DNA of 64,000 bases, taken from positions 744,001-808,000 of the forward strand of contig CM022673.1 in assembly GCA_012295275.1 (NCBI GenBank), read 5' to 3'. Source of the DNA: Chrysomallon squamiferum (lineage: Eukaryota; Animalia; Mollusca). The notes under the pieces are model-generated. The model had not been told where the DNA came from, did no database searches, and saw nothing but the letters and a program-made list of their open reading frames with translations. This document shows positions 45,340 through 58,990 of this stretch, one piece after another (within the stretch, counting starts at the first letter, position 1; every line of letters starts with the position of its first letter). Position numbers and translations under genes: made by a program.

Positions 45340-46218
45340 GTTTGTATCGTATTACATAGGATAAACTAGAGATCACACAGCTAGAAATGTAGTATTTATG
45401 TTTAAAGTTTTAACCTTTGATTTACGGTCTGTAGTTTGACTGTAGTGTTATTTATATCCTGAGGTACTGGCATGCCGCAAGATCAAACCGTTGCGATTGC
45501 TCTGTTGAGTTATTTCTCGTTCTAGACAGGGTCCAACCATGTATTTATCAGAAGTATGGCATGTGATTTGCATATAAACAATCCCTTGATTCTAAGTAAC
45601 GATAGTAACAGTAGGCTTACTCTGTAGTTTTCAGTGTGGTCTTTTTCTCTATGAACTTGAATTGAAGACAAAATAAAATGTTTTTTATTTTTATTTTATT
45701 TTTATTTTTTTGGTATATAAATGTTTTCAAAACTATACGATACATTGCTCCCATGTGTATAATAAATAATATACGTTTAAAAAATTAAAACCATGTCTCT
45801 GTCTGCATTGCTGTTATTATTTGATTTCATTTCACTGAAAGCAATTATGTCTGTGAGTATTGCTGTATCAATAACAGCAATCATATGTATCATATGTCCA
45901 CTTTTATATGAAATACATTTATTTTCTGTACTGCATAAAAGTTTAAACCACTGAACAGACATAAAACAAAATATTTTATATACGTTTTCAGTGAGTAGAA
46001 GAAACACGTCAACAAACGGGTGTGTATTTAATTAACTAATTAACTAATTTTATTATACAGTTAACATCATTTATTTTCAGGAATAAAAAAAGAAAAAGAA
46101 GAAAAGAAGAAAAGTCCCCTCCAAAAAAACAACAAAAAAAACAGTTAAAAGATATCAGAAAAGAATAACTATAACTAGGATCAATCTCTGCAGCGACAGC
46201 AACAGCAGGAACAACGTT

Positions 46219-46543
46219 ATGGTGATGGATGGCATCGTTCCTGGAGTGACCGGCATCACTGGTTTGTTGCTGATGGCAGCCGCTTCTCTCGCGTGTTTTG
46301 TCTTCATTCAAAGACGTCGACTCCCGCCTGGACCCTGGGGACTGCCGCTCCTCGGCTGCCTGCCGTTCTGGAAGGGGCCAGAAACCAACATGGAGTGGTA
46401 CAAGGAATACGGGGATATTTATAGCGTGAAGATGGGACCTAATCTGGTTGTGTATCTGAACAGCGTGTCACTGGTCGACGCCTTTCTCAGACATTCCGAT
46501 GTCTTTGTCAACAGACCTCCAGGACCTGCCGCCATTGGGGAAG
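46219..46543 (+). CDS. P450-B exon 1 (start may be Met1 at 46219 or Met3 at 46225)
   Basis: MVMDGIVPG...RRLPPGPWGLPLLGCLPFWKGP...NRPPGPAAIGE; donor G|GTGCAG at 46544 (weak consensus but at the position homologous to paralogue A). Confidence 0.93.
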
Positions 46544-48255
46544 GTGCAGCTAATATTTTTCTTTCCTTCTAAATTTTTCTTCTTCTTCTTTTTTTCTTAG
46601 TATTGTATTTCTTCTTCGTCTTCTTCTGTTCTTCTTCTGTTCTTCTTCTTCTTCTTCTTCTTCTTCTTCTTCTTCTTCTTCTTCTTCTTCTTCTTCTTCT
46701 TCTTTTTCTTCTTCTTTTGAAAGTGTTTCAGTTGTATGATAATTTGGGAAAAGGTATGATAAATATGTGTGATTTGACTGTCCCAGGAATTTATGACATC
46801 GTGGAAATAAAGAAATATTTTTACTAATTTTCTTTTTATAAAATTTTAAATTGTTCTAGTGCCACAGTCTGTTTTTGTACACACATTTATTATATATTGT
46901 ATAGCTTATATGTTAATATTAAATTGCCAAGTTTATTCTGTCTTCAGTTTTTTTTATTGAGTGTCTTAATTCTTTTTACTGATTTATTTTACAGGTATTT
47001 TATTTGGAAGTGGAGAAAAATGGCGCTTGAACAAAAAACTGTGTTTGAAAACTTTAGGCTCGGATGCGGCGGAAGTGACTTTTGACCGACATTTTCAGGA
47101 CGAGTCTTCGGAAATGATGGCGGAGTTAGAAAAGTGTTCTGGACAGGAAATTAACCTGACTGATAAACTTAGACCATGTATTGTCAACGGACTGTGTCGG
47201 TTAATCAGAGGAACCAGGTATTCATACGGAGACCCCCATTTTACCAGTCTTGTTACTCTCTTACGAGGCGTTGACGATGTTGATCTACTGTCACTGTCCA
47301 CGGCAATAAGTCTGAAATTTCCTCGACTGTGGGCACTGATCCCGCATCGTTCACCCGACCTCAGAGAAATTACAACAGAACTCACTCGAGTGATTAGATC
47401 ATGGATCGCTGAAAGGCAGAATCCTGGGAACAAATCAACAGACTTACTCGATTCTTTCCTGAACAGCGAAGAATATAAAAATCGGAATTCAACAGGTAAT
47501 ATCTAGCTCCGTATTTTAGTACTATGGAAATTATTCTTACAATAATTGTTAGAGTGGTTACTGTTATTATAGTCGTTAAAGCGGTTATTCTTATTATGTT
47601 TTTCCATCAGTATATTATTTGTTCTTCTTCTTACAGCATCATCATCATTAGCAATAGCAGCAGCAACAGCAACGACAACTACTACTATCATTATACCTTC
47701 AACACATTTACTGTTACTACTACTACTACTATTATACCATCACCATTACTGCTGCTGCTACTACTACTACTACTATTTCTACTACCACTACCAATACTAC
47801 TGCTGTTCCAAACACTTCTACTATCTTGAATAATTGAATCATATAAGTATTGTTAACAATTAAGCTGACACATATCAAATTATCATCTTCATGTTTACAC
47901 ATTCTTTAAGACTATACTCAGTGTTCGTTTTCCTCAAAGAAAAATACACGTATACCATTTAACTACAGAAAATAATTATAAAACTGAATATATCAATGCT
48001 GCGGTGAAGAAGATAATGGAAATAGCAGCTCCATCTCTTAATCAGCATTGGTTATCTCAGTGATAACTTTAGCCATAAACACTGATAAAAAAAAATAAGT
48101 TTCAATGAACGATTCTCTGTTTTTCATAGTATTTCCCACTGCGCCTTTCTCTTCATTTCGGTTGTAGGTTAACTTCTGTAGATAACTTTTTCCTTTGGTT
48201 TAGATTACAGCTATTTAAGAAGGTCAAGTGGTTTTTTGGTTTTGTTTTGGGGGAT

Positions 48256-48292
<37 letters not shown>

Positions 48293-48852
48293 TAGCCTTT
48301 ATGTTACTATATTGTAGACGGGCATTTGGGACGATGATAATGATAATCATGATGGTGATGATGATCATGATACAACAACAATTCCATACTGAATCTATAT
48401 ATGTCTTTCTATGGGTTTTTTCTTGCCACGGACACACAGACACATACACACACACACATACAAACATACACATACAACATACACATACATATATACATAT
48501 ACAGCAATCAAATTATAAATGGCAGTATTACGGTGTACTGATTCCAGCCCACAGCTAATGGAGTATTCAGATCACAAAACCATACATTAACATTCTCTGC
48601 ATGCTGTCACTAGCATCTGTAACATAAATCAAAATATTTTCTTTGGTTCTCTGACTAACCGATCTGACATTCAACACTGCTTGATAAAACAAATGTCTGT
48701 AACAAATATAAATGGGCACACGCACACACACAAATATGCAACCCACACGAACTCACAGTCACATTGAAACATCAAAACAACAACAAAATTATAGTATTAA
48801 AAAAAAAAAAAAAAAAAAAAAAAATAAAAATTAAAATTAAAAAATTAATAAC

Positions 48853-48921
<69 letters not shown>

Positions 48922-49182
48922 CATAATAATAAAAATAAAAATAAAATACACACACAATTAGTTTTCTTACCTCACACCACGTTTCTAATAAGAGCCTGCT
49001 GCTTTCGTGCTGTGGAATTTTATCTCTAGATTAAATGATTACTCATAATGCCGGAAATAATTTAGATAAGGATTACAGGAAATGGTAATACATATAATGT
49101 GGATGCGTTTAGTGGAAACTTTAAGTGTTCTGATTCAGTTTGAATAATATTAAATGATGTCATGTACTAGGTCACGACATTA

Positions 49183-49280
<98 letters not shown>

Positions 49281-50026
49281 GATAAATGTTTGTTCCGTTT
49301 AAATCTCTTCAATGAAACTCCGTCCATCTTATATTCGTCAATGTGTCTGTAGGTATGAGAAAGTACTTGCAAATATAAATATTATGAACATTTATAAATA
49401 ATCATCCTAAAGAAATAATAACTTTTATTTGTTTATTTATTTGTTTGTTTGTTTGTTGATGAAATGTCGACTTACTCAACTGATTATTATTATTATTTTT
49501 ATTATTATTATTATTAAAAAATAAATGATCATAATCATATGTTTTTTGTTTATTTTTCCAGACGAGGAGATGGTTCAGTCATCTCTAGATATGTATAATG
49601 GCGGTTTGGCGGCCACTCTTTCTGGTTTAGAATTCTTATTCTTGTTCTTAATCCACAATCCGGACGTCCAGCGTAAGATCCAATCAGAAATCGATGACGT
49701 CATACGTTCTGACCGGAAACCTTGCTGGGCGGACAACTCTAAATTACCCTTCACGGTGTCAACGATAATGGAAACACTGAGAGTGGCATGCATTACTCCA
49801 AGCACTTTACCCCACGTGGCTTCAAGAGATACTTCTATTAACGGATACCACATACCGCAAGGCACTTCAGTTGTGGCTAGCGTCTATTGTCTTCATAAAC
49901 TGTCTGAAAATCCAGAATGTTTTAAACCAGAAAGATTTCTAGGAAAGGATACCGCCACGCAGAGTCTAACGAATTTTATTCCATTTGGAATTGGTAAGTT
50001 GTGATAATGTGTATGTATGTGTGTGT

Positions 50027-50066
<40 letters not shown>

Positions 50067-51414
50067 TATATATGTACATTGTACTAGGTGCAGTGAACTT
50101 TATTTTTAATAAACATAATGATGATAACGAACAATACACTATACGTCACTAAGAACCGTTCAGAATCATGGCTGTAATTAGCTGTTTCCGCCTTCTAGTG
50201 ATGTTTATTTATTTAGTCTAGACCAGGGTGCGCAGACTTTCTCATCTTACAGGCTGCAGCTCTTTAACGTCACTGTCACTGCGGCCGCACAAATTTCATT
50301 GTCATTTCGTAAAATCTGAAAGCGTAATAAACATGATTTTGCATAATTTTCTAACAATGAACCTCTGTGACTTAAAATGCTGCATACAAACAATAGGTGC
50401 GTTTACATGTTTCAACTGACTTCATCCCCCTATGATTGCCATTAAAGTAAAAAAACAAACAGTTATTAATATTATTCATTACTTTTATTAAATAACAACT
50501 TTAACACTGTGGGATCTAAAAATGGACGCCTTGCTGTGTATGGCATCTGACAGTCTATGAAATTCATAGTGTATGAGTGGTTATACTGACACGCAGTCTC
50601 GTTGTGTTAAAATGTGATGAGGCGATATTCTCCCCATGGCCGTATGGTTGCGCACGCCTGGTCTAAAGATATACTAGTAATTACATATATTTCATATCTA
50701 GTATATTTAAATACGTAATATTAAGATATACTAGTAATTACATATATTTTACATCTAGTAGTTAAATATGTAATATTAAGATATACTAGTAATTACATAT
50801 ATTTTACATCTAGTAGTTAAATATTTATTTTATTAAGATATACTAGTAATTACATATATTTCATATCTAGTAGTTAAATATGTAATATTAAGATATACTA
50901 GTAGTTAAATATATTTCATATTTAGTAGTTAAATATGTAATATTAAGATATACTAGTAATTACATATATTTCATATCTAGTAGTTAAATATGTAATATTA
51001 ATTAATTCGATTTATTTATAACACGAAATATTTGCACGTTCGTTTCACCCACTGCTGATGCATACAACGGATTTTCGAGGATATCCTTTAGAGCAAACTA
51101 TCAAAATGGCCGCCATTGTGCAATAACATTATAATTCATTCGCTAATTATTAAGTCCATCTCCTTTGCCAATAATTACATTTTTATTTATTTATTTTATT
51201 TATTTATTTATTTATATTTTTTTCAGAACCAAGGAGATGTCCGGGAGACAAATGGTTTCATGTTTTCTGTTTCCTGATTGTAACGTCTGTTCTGCAGCGC
51301 TTCAATGTGAGCCAACCTCAAGGAAAAGAGTTGCCTCCCTTCAAAACAAAAATTCGAATTGTGAGACGTCTGGAACCATATGCGCTGGTTTTAACACCAC
51401 GGAAAACCACTTAA
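46219..51414 (+). CDS. Cytochrome P450 paralogue B (microsomal, clan-2-like; atypical catalytic motifs), 481 aa, 4 coding exons
   Basis: join(46219-46543, 46995-47495, 49562-49993, 51227-51414) = 325+501+432+188 = 1446 nt, open frame, GT-AG phase-1 introns at the same protein positions as paralogue A. PPGPWGLP, ETLR, FKPERF, PFGIEPRRCPG. Confidence 0.95.
46995..47495 (+). CDS. P450-B exon 2
   Basis: Acceptor ttattttacag; (G)ILFGSGEKWRLNKK...EEYKNRNST; donor G|GTAATA at 47496. Confidence 0.93.
49562..49993 (+). CDS. P450-B exon 3
   Basis: Acceptor tatttttccag; DEEMVQSSLDMYNGGLAAT...ETLR...FKPERF...IPFGI; donor G|GTAAGT at 49994. Confidence 0.95.
50224..50660. mobile_element. Non-autonomous hAT (Charlie-type) MITE in P450-B intron 3
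   Basis: Terminal inverted repeats CAGGGTGCGCA...TGCGCACGCCTG (one-base indel) flanked by GTCTAGAC / GTCTAAAG, a 6/8-matching target-site duplication resembling the NTCTAGAN preference of hAT-Charlie elements. Confidence 0.7.
50666..51001. repeat. 55-57-bp minisatellite x6 in P450-B intron 3
   Basis: aagatatactagta unit starts at 50666, 50723, 50778, 50835, 50890 and 50945. Confidence 0.9.
51227..51414 (+). CDS. P450-B exon 4 (heme Cys, stop)
   Basis: Acceptor tttttttcag; (E)PRRCPGDKWFHVFCFLIVTSVLQRF...EPYALVLTPRKTT*; Cys codon 51238-51240; TAA 51412-51414; AATAAA at 51579-51584. Confidence 0.93.
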
Positions 51415-51451
51415 TATGAAACTTCTCAGTTATTTATTTCTGAATACAATC

Positions 51452-51515
<64 letters not shown>

Positions 51516-51908
51516 TTAGTATTATTATTATTAATATTTTTTGTTTTTATGACGGACGATTCAGTATATTTTTAAAACAATAAATGACAAAAGTTTTGTT
51601 GTGACTTTACCTAAATTTGAGCAGTTAATCATGCCGAAAATATTAACTACAACTAAGAACGCTAAACAGATTATAAGACCAAGACGACTTTGTTTTTGAA
51701 TGTTCTGAAAATATCAACCGCAAAGTGAAGTGAAAGATGTTTGTCTTTTGTAGGACGAATTTTACATCAAACTGTAAAACTTACCAGTGTTTCTTATGGT
51801 ACAGAAAGGTGACAGATGCGTTGTATGTTAAATTATTAAAAATATATATACAAAAATCTCGTTTATTCTTTATTGTTGTCTACTGCTTATTTATTTTATG
51901 TTCGTATA

Positions 51909-52129
51909 CATACATACATACTTACATACATACTTACATACACACATACTTACATACATACATACTTAGATACATACATATATGTATTGACAGATAATAC
52001 ATATATAAGTATATACGTATATACTTAAGTACGTGTGTACATATCTGTCAATACATATATGTATGTATCTAAGTATGTATGTATGTAAGTATGTGTGTAT
52101 GTAAGTATGTATGTAAGTATGTATGTATG
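51909..52129. repeat. Perfect inverted repeat, 88-bp arms, 45-nt loop
   Basis: 51909-51996 is the exact reverse complement of 52042-52129; opposite-strand track ORFs share YIHTYLHTYILRYIHICIDR. Confidence 0.92.
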
Positions 52130-52230
52130 AATGAATGCATGCACACAAATGTTTTTATGCATGTCGGTCTTTCTGCCTTTCTGTAAATATGTTTATTAAC
52201 GTGTTTACTGACGAGAATGTATTTATGGAG

Positions 52231-52297
<67 letters not shown>

Positions 52298-53095
52298 CCT
52301 GCACGTATAGATTTATTAATGAATATGTCTATTATTATATGAATATGTGATAATTAAATATGTACATAAGGCTTTTCAAAGGGAATTTTCCGATTCATAT
52401 TCGGGAAGAATTTAAATGTAATTAAAAAGTAAACAAATCAATGGATAACAAATATAAATAAATGAAAAATATGTTCCAGGCTAATTGTTCACCACTGGGA
52501 AATATCCATATTTATATGTCAAGTACATTAAATGGTTGTAATGTCGTCAGTGTTTTCATATTAACGAGTTTTGATGACTGAATGTGTTTGTATTTCATGT
52601 CTATACGACACTGGAGTTTCATTAAAAGCGAATGGGCGAAGGGAGACAACTACACATTGCAAAGTAATGTACTAATGTCAAGCAGCGCAAGATAGTTTTC
52701 TTATTTGTTTCTTAATTTCTTTATTACTTTGGTGAAAAATGGGAAATTCTTAAACCGTATGATATATAACAGTTAAAGAAACAAACAATAAAAATTAAAT
52801 TAAATTAAACAAAATAAATAAATAAATAAAAATATTCTAACTGAAATCTGGATTTATTTTATTAATTTTTTTTTAATATTTATTATTATTTAAATCATGA
52901 AGTATAAAACTTTTCATACATTTGATTATTTTAATGTTTAAGTTATTCTGTGTCAGAATTAGTATCTTTATTGCAAACAACGAAATATGTAAACTAGAAA
53001 CCAACCTCTGCCACATACATTTTTTTCTACCTTTCATCTTTATACATTCCCAACTCTATATAAACGTGTTTATTATGATTATGATTATTATTATG

Positions 53096-53131
<36 letters not shown>

Positions 53132-53880
53132 TTAATCAATACCCAGCATCACTAAATATTTTAAACTGAAGATACTAAATATATAATAATAATTTGCGAT
53201 TATTCGTATACATTAAATCTCTTTATGGATTTTGTTCGTGTTTGTATTTATGTGAATATAACGATGACGAGAAATAGACATTGCTTTACGTGTGAAAACC
53301 ATTTAACAAATCAAAGAACAACAATAACAACATTATTATACAATTGTCTGCCTGTATTTATAAGAATTTTAATTCATTGTTAGGTAAAGACTGTCCTTTG
53401 GTATTCCCAAGAAACAGTATCGACTTCTTTTTTTTCTTCTTCATTTACAGTGATCCCAATACACCATCTGCAATAATGTAGAGCATGATTAACACCGAAT
53501 ATTTTGTTTTTTAAAGCAACTAATTTGGATGCCATTAACAAAACAAAAAACCCTGCAAGAAGTCATAAATATTATGGCTACTAAAAATTAATGTTCGTTC
53601 TATTTAAGCATATCTCAAGAAACCTTGACAAAAAAAAAGGAAAAAAAAAGAAGACTTTTTATGCGCAGGTTGTTCTTATAAAGGATAACAAGATTTAAAA
53701 CAAACAAACAGCAAATAAAATCTCTAAGATATTGAGAAATGTTTTGAAGATAATGGACTTGTCCGAGATTATATTTCACACCGTATTCTGTTGGAGATTA
53801 TGCACTGGCATCAGTACCTTATATTAAACATTGTTTATCGTAACAAATTGAAACATTGGTCGATGAAAATAAAAATAAAA

Positions 53881-54894
53881 ATGTCTGCGGCCAAGATTAG
53901 CTGTCTGATTGTTGTCAGTTCAGCTGTCGAAGGTTTGTTGCTCTTACAGCTGATTTTAAAGCGTTTAATGATAAACAAAACAATTTTTTAAAACTTTAAA
54001 TAGCTGTTGGTACTGAAGGAAATAAACCAATATAATTTCATAAAATAAATTGGATAAAATAAAAGTGGGCGTATTTGTATAATATTTATTCAAATTATTT
54101 ATTCAAATTATTGTTATTATCATTTATGATTATTATTTGTATGGCATGTCCTTAAGATTAATACTTGGCGTCGCATAATTTTTGGTTTATTTATTTATTT
54201 ATTTATTTATTATCTGACAGGAAAGACTTATAAAATTATTTTGATTTCAGTATACTGTATAAATCTATAATGAGTATTTTAATTATTTTATAGAACAAAA
54301 ACATTATGAAAAAATGTGACTGAATGTATGTGTATTTAAATGTCAGTGTAGTTTCTATTACTGATACACTTATTTTACATGCTATAATAAGAGTAATATA
54401 AGGAATATATATGAAAATAATTATTTTATTTTGAAATGTAGTTAATATAGTGTTCATGTACATATATGAATTAATTATTACTAACATTTCTTTTAATACT
54501 TTTTTCTTTGAGCAAATATTTATTTTGAAAAGTAAATATATTTTAAATAAGACCTGAATAAATTATTGTTAATGAAAGAATAGGCCATCCATTCAGATCA
54601 AATTTTACATCAGGAAACAAAACTCATGCAAGGCCTTACCTGTTTTCTGTTACGTTATTTTGGTTGTGGTTTTAAAAAAAACCCATAATTAAAACATTGC
54701 TATTAATGCTCTTTTAATTAATACATTTACAGGTGTTTCAGCACAGTCTTTTATGCAAGCTTTTACTTTAGCCAGTTCAAATTTCGCAATTCAGTTAGCA
54801 TCACCAGGAGTAAGTAGGTTCATTAATTTTTATTATTATTCTTAACAATTTATAACACTTCTTATTCTGTGTATTGGTTTAATGGTAATTAAAA

Positions 54895-54939
<45 letters not shown>

Positions 54940-55582
54940 TAATACAGGTATCGGACCAGTTATCCAGATGCTTTGGGGCCTGAGGTATTCCGTATTTCTG
55001 GATTTTCCAATTTTCTAGTACTAAGGCATCTAAATATGTAAATAATTAGATATAAACATTAAAAAATTAAAAACATATAGAAAATTGATGATACACAACT
55101 GTGGCAACTTGACACATAAACAATTTGGTGAGTGAATGAATGCCATATGGCTTGAAAGAGTAGTTCCCACGAGGACAACACCCACGTGAGTGAACTATGA
55201 AAATAACATCAAGAAAAAAATTCAGTTCCAGCTTGTACTCCTTGATTGGCTTGTGCATATATTTAAAATATTATTTCCTGCCAAGGTTTCTTCTTCCAAA
55301 TCATGATTACACAATAACCATGTATGTCTGATAGTTAGTAATTGTTTAAAAATGTACAGGACTGTCATTAAGCCTTTCATCTATTTACTATTTTGTTGAT
55401 ACCCAAAACCTGAAAGAATTTTTAAATATTTTTTTTAGTTTTGTGTTTTGAAGTTGGGATATTATTTACACTAAATTCACCTTTTCATTTATTTAAATTG
55501 ATCAAGCAGATCGATTATATTAGCCATAATTTCCCCCCATTTAACATCTGTCTGTCTGTCTGTCTCTCTATCTATCTATCTG

Positions 55583-55623
<41 letters not shown>

Positions 55624-58600
55624 ATATATATACACATACACACATATATATATATTCTATATACATGTGTATATATGTGTATATGTTATGTATATATGTA
55701 TGTATGTTATGTACATATGTATGTACATGTGTATGTGTGTATATATTATTATTAGGGTCGTCAAGTGGAGTATGTTCAGCAGGATGACAACAATCGGCGA
55801 TGGTTTAACGAGTTCAGATCAAAATCCAGCTCAACACCAATTGCCTTAGAAACAATTGACCGTAATACTGACAATACATTTTGTTCTACATTTTCAGATT
55901 AAAAATTGTATTTTGTATTAAAATAACTCAAATTAATTACACAGTATTTACAAATACATGATTATAGAGCATTAGAATGCATATTTAGTAAACCATATTT
56001 GTTTTACTAATTTTAAATTAATTTGTGTCTAGTGAATGTAAGATTGAAAATAACATAAATTATTGCATTCTTATTGAGTTTATTTTAAACCGTGACTAGA
56101 AATAAAATACAAAGTTAATCTATAAATTGGATTAACGTATCAGCAGTTTATGAAATAAAAACTTCAGAATATTATCATTTACATATGGGTTATATGGATG
56201 TGTGTGTTTGTGTGTGTGTGTGTGTGTGTGTCTGTCTGTGTGACACTGTGTGTTAATATACGGAATAAAATGTTTAATAACTTCTAAATTACGTCATTAA
56301 TCAATAGGTCTCTGACACTTAGGTTTGAAAACCTTACAGTATTTTAAGTCATAAGTAAGATTGCTTATGGGTGATTGTTTGTAAATGCTTTGAATTTTGA
56401 TAATGATTTTTTATTTCTCTTTGTTGTAGCTAACAGGTATTCGGCACTTTTATTACCTGCAGCGCAGGGTGCAATACACGATCTCAGTAACAACAAAGAC
56501 CTTAGTCTGATTGTTCAACATTTTATAAAGGAGAAAAGTAAGTAAATAATAAATAAATAAATAAATAAGTTTATAAATGATAATAATAATGATGGTGATG
56601 ATGATGATATTAACAATAACAGTAGTAATAGTAGTAGTAATAATAATAGTAAAAGTGCTACTACTAATAATAATAATAGGTAGAGATGGTTATAATAGTA
56701 ATAATAATAACAATAACAATAATAAACAGAAAAAAATCCAGTAATGAAATTAATGCAAGAAGCCAAAAATATTTATATGGAAGTTCTATCTTATGATCCA
56801 GTATAAAATGTCTGTGTTAAAATATGTCATGTAATAAAATGATAATAGTATTCAAAAACAGAGCAGTGATATTTAATATTAATAGTACATAAATTCAGAT
56901 TATATTGTCAAAACAAACTGCATGAAAAAAAAAAAAAATAATAGGAAAACGAAAGTTCCCTCTTTTCTCCACAAAACTCCACATAATAGAGCCTGTATGT
57001 GCAATAGGTATGGGTATGGCAGTTATAGATTAATTAAATATTTCACATTGTTGAGCCTGTATGTGCAATAGGTATGGGTGTGGCAGTTATGGATTAATTA
57101 AAATATTTCACATTGTAGAGCCTGTATGTGCAATAGGTATGGGTGTATATGGTATTTCACGTTGTAGAGCCTGTATGTGCAATAGGTATGGGTGTGGCAG
57201 TTATAGATTAATTAAATATTTCACATTGTAGAGCCTGTATGTGCAATAGGTATGGGTGTTGCTGGTTTGTGTTGTGCTCGAACTGAAGATGGTAAAAGCT
57301 GGTTTCTGGAAAACTACAGTCTAACAGCTGTAAGTACCAAAACTTTCAGTCCAAGTATTAATTACATTTATAGCTAATATATGCTGTGTAATTTTAAAAA
57401 AAAAACCTATTTTGGGGAAATAATAAAATGTGACAATAAAATATCCAACTTGAAAGCCAGTCCAAAATTTTATCATTTTATTTCTGGACGTCATTTTTAG
57501 AGGAATGTTGTTTCTTATTTTGGAATTAACAATTCATAGAAATTTCTGTAGCAATATATTTTCAATTTTTTAGTGACTCAGAAATTTTGTACATTGGCCA
57601 AAAGTATCTTGTAAGAAGTGACCAAAGATGATATAAAAATACATTATTATTATACCATTTTAAATAATTAAATTCAGAAATTATTGTTATTATTATACTG
57701 TTTTAAATTAAATTTATAAATTACTGTTATTATAGTGATTTAGTAATTAAATTTATAAATTAATCTTATTAAGGTGTTTTAAATAATTAAATTTAGAAAT
57801 TACTATTATTATAGTGCTTAAATAATTAAATTCATAAATTACTGTTATTATGGTGTTTTGTATAATTAAATTGATACATTACTGTTATAATGGTGTTTAC
57901 TTTTATGAATTTATAAATTACTGTTATTATGTCATTTAAATAATTAAATTTAGAAATTACTTTTATTATGGTCTTTTGTATAATTAAATTTATAAATTAC
58001 TGATACTATGGCATTTTAAATAATTAAATTTATACATTTTTGTTATTAGAGTGTTGAAATAATTATATGTATAAATTACTATTATTATAATGTTTAAATA
58101 ATTATATTTAAAATTACTTTAGCCATCAGTATTTGAAGTCGCCCGTGATCCAGATTTTTCATCAATGCCCATTATACTAGAGGACTTCATAAAGGACCAT
58201 GGAGCACGATACAGTCGTAAGTAGATACAGACCTCCACAGACAAATATTAATGTTTTACTGTATTGTGTATGAAAAATTAAATTTTATTAAAACTCAAAG
58301 TTAAAAAAAAAATCTAAATCTTTATAGAGTAGAATTTAATTTCCCACACCTTAGTTATCAAGTATGTGTAACATATAGGAATAATCAATCAAATGGCACA
58401 TTTCAAACTGTTTTGGTTATCATTCAATCCATAGGTTTTAGATTACTTCTATATTTCCTTTCTCTATTTTGTTGAATATCACATTTTATTATTATTAAAA
58501 GTTGATGCCTGAAAGCAAATAAAAACAATCATTTTGGTTTTTAACAAATATATTGAAGCTTTTTTGTTTATATCACTACAGGTTTATGTTAAAATTAAAA

Positions 58601-58990
58601 ATAAAATATTGTAAATGATCAAATCCTTGATTACAGGCTCATTATTTACTTAGGCCAATTATGATGTATTGTGGGTTTTTTACTAGTTAATTTAATTTAA
58701 TTTATATTTTACTTTTCAAATGCTGTGACCACAAGAAAAGAAATAAATATTAATAATAACAGTAATAATAAAAAAAAATTTAAAATATAAATATAAATAA
58801 ATAGATAAATAATAATAATAATAATAATAATTACTCATTTCTTTTACATATTGTTTAACATGTTTATTTTGTAGGAAGTGAGGAAGATGCAGTACATGTT
58901 GTCATAGACAGAAACATAATTACTGCTCAGAACACACAGTCCACTTTGACTGCCGTTCAAAATCTTATACTCTTGTGTAGCCAAAAGTAG
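53881..58990 (+). CDS. GATD1: Glutamine amidotransferase-like class 1 domain-containing protein 1 (GATD1/PDDC1, DJ-1/PfpI superfamily), 216 aa, 7 exons
   Basis: join(53881-53932, 54733-54809, 55756-55861, 56430-56537, 57232-57329, 58123-58216, 58875-58990) = 651 nt; all phases consistent, all introns GT-AG. The protein [33 protein letters not shown]...RYSALLLP...[16 protein letters not shown]...YSLTAPSVFE...EDFIKDHGA...[34 protein letters not shown] matches the human GATD1 motifs as recalled (GVSAQSF, KPICAVGHGVAALCC, YSLTGPSV, DAVHVVLDRHLVTGQN, AVQNL). Confidence 0.95.
54945..55020 (+). mobile_element. Truncated Tigger-like terminal fragment in GATD1 intron 2
   Basis: TA|CAGGT...gttatccagatgctttggggcctga...tatttctggattttcc resembles the left end of the 25843-26136 element. 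Confidence 0.35.
56988..57259 (+). repeat. ~64-bp tandem repeat x5 containing the GATD1 intron-4/exon-5 junction
   Basis: gagcctgtatgtgcaataggtatgggt recurs at 56989, 57053, 57118, 57167 and 57231; the last copy is the start of true exon 5. Confidence 0.92.
57640..58120. repeat. Degenerate ~39-40-bp AT-rich minisatellite (~12 units) in GATD1 intron 5
   Basis: Unit approximately taattaaatttataaattactgttattatggtgttttaaa, running up to the exon-6 acceptor. Confidence 0.8.

Noticed and set aside
50666-57259. 55-bp and 64-bp arrays as CRISPR-like repeats
   Set aside because: The units are contiguous with no unique spacers, there are no cas genes, and both lie in spliceosomal introns.
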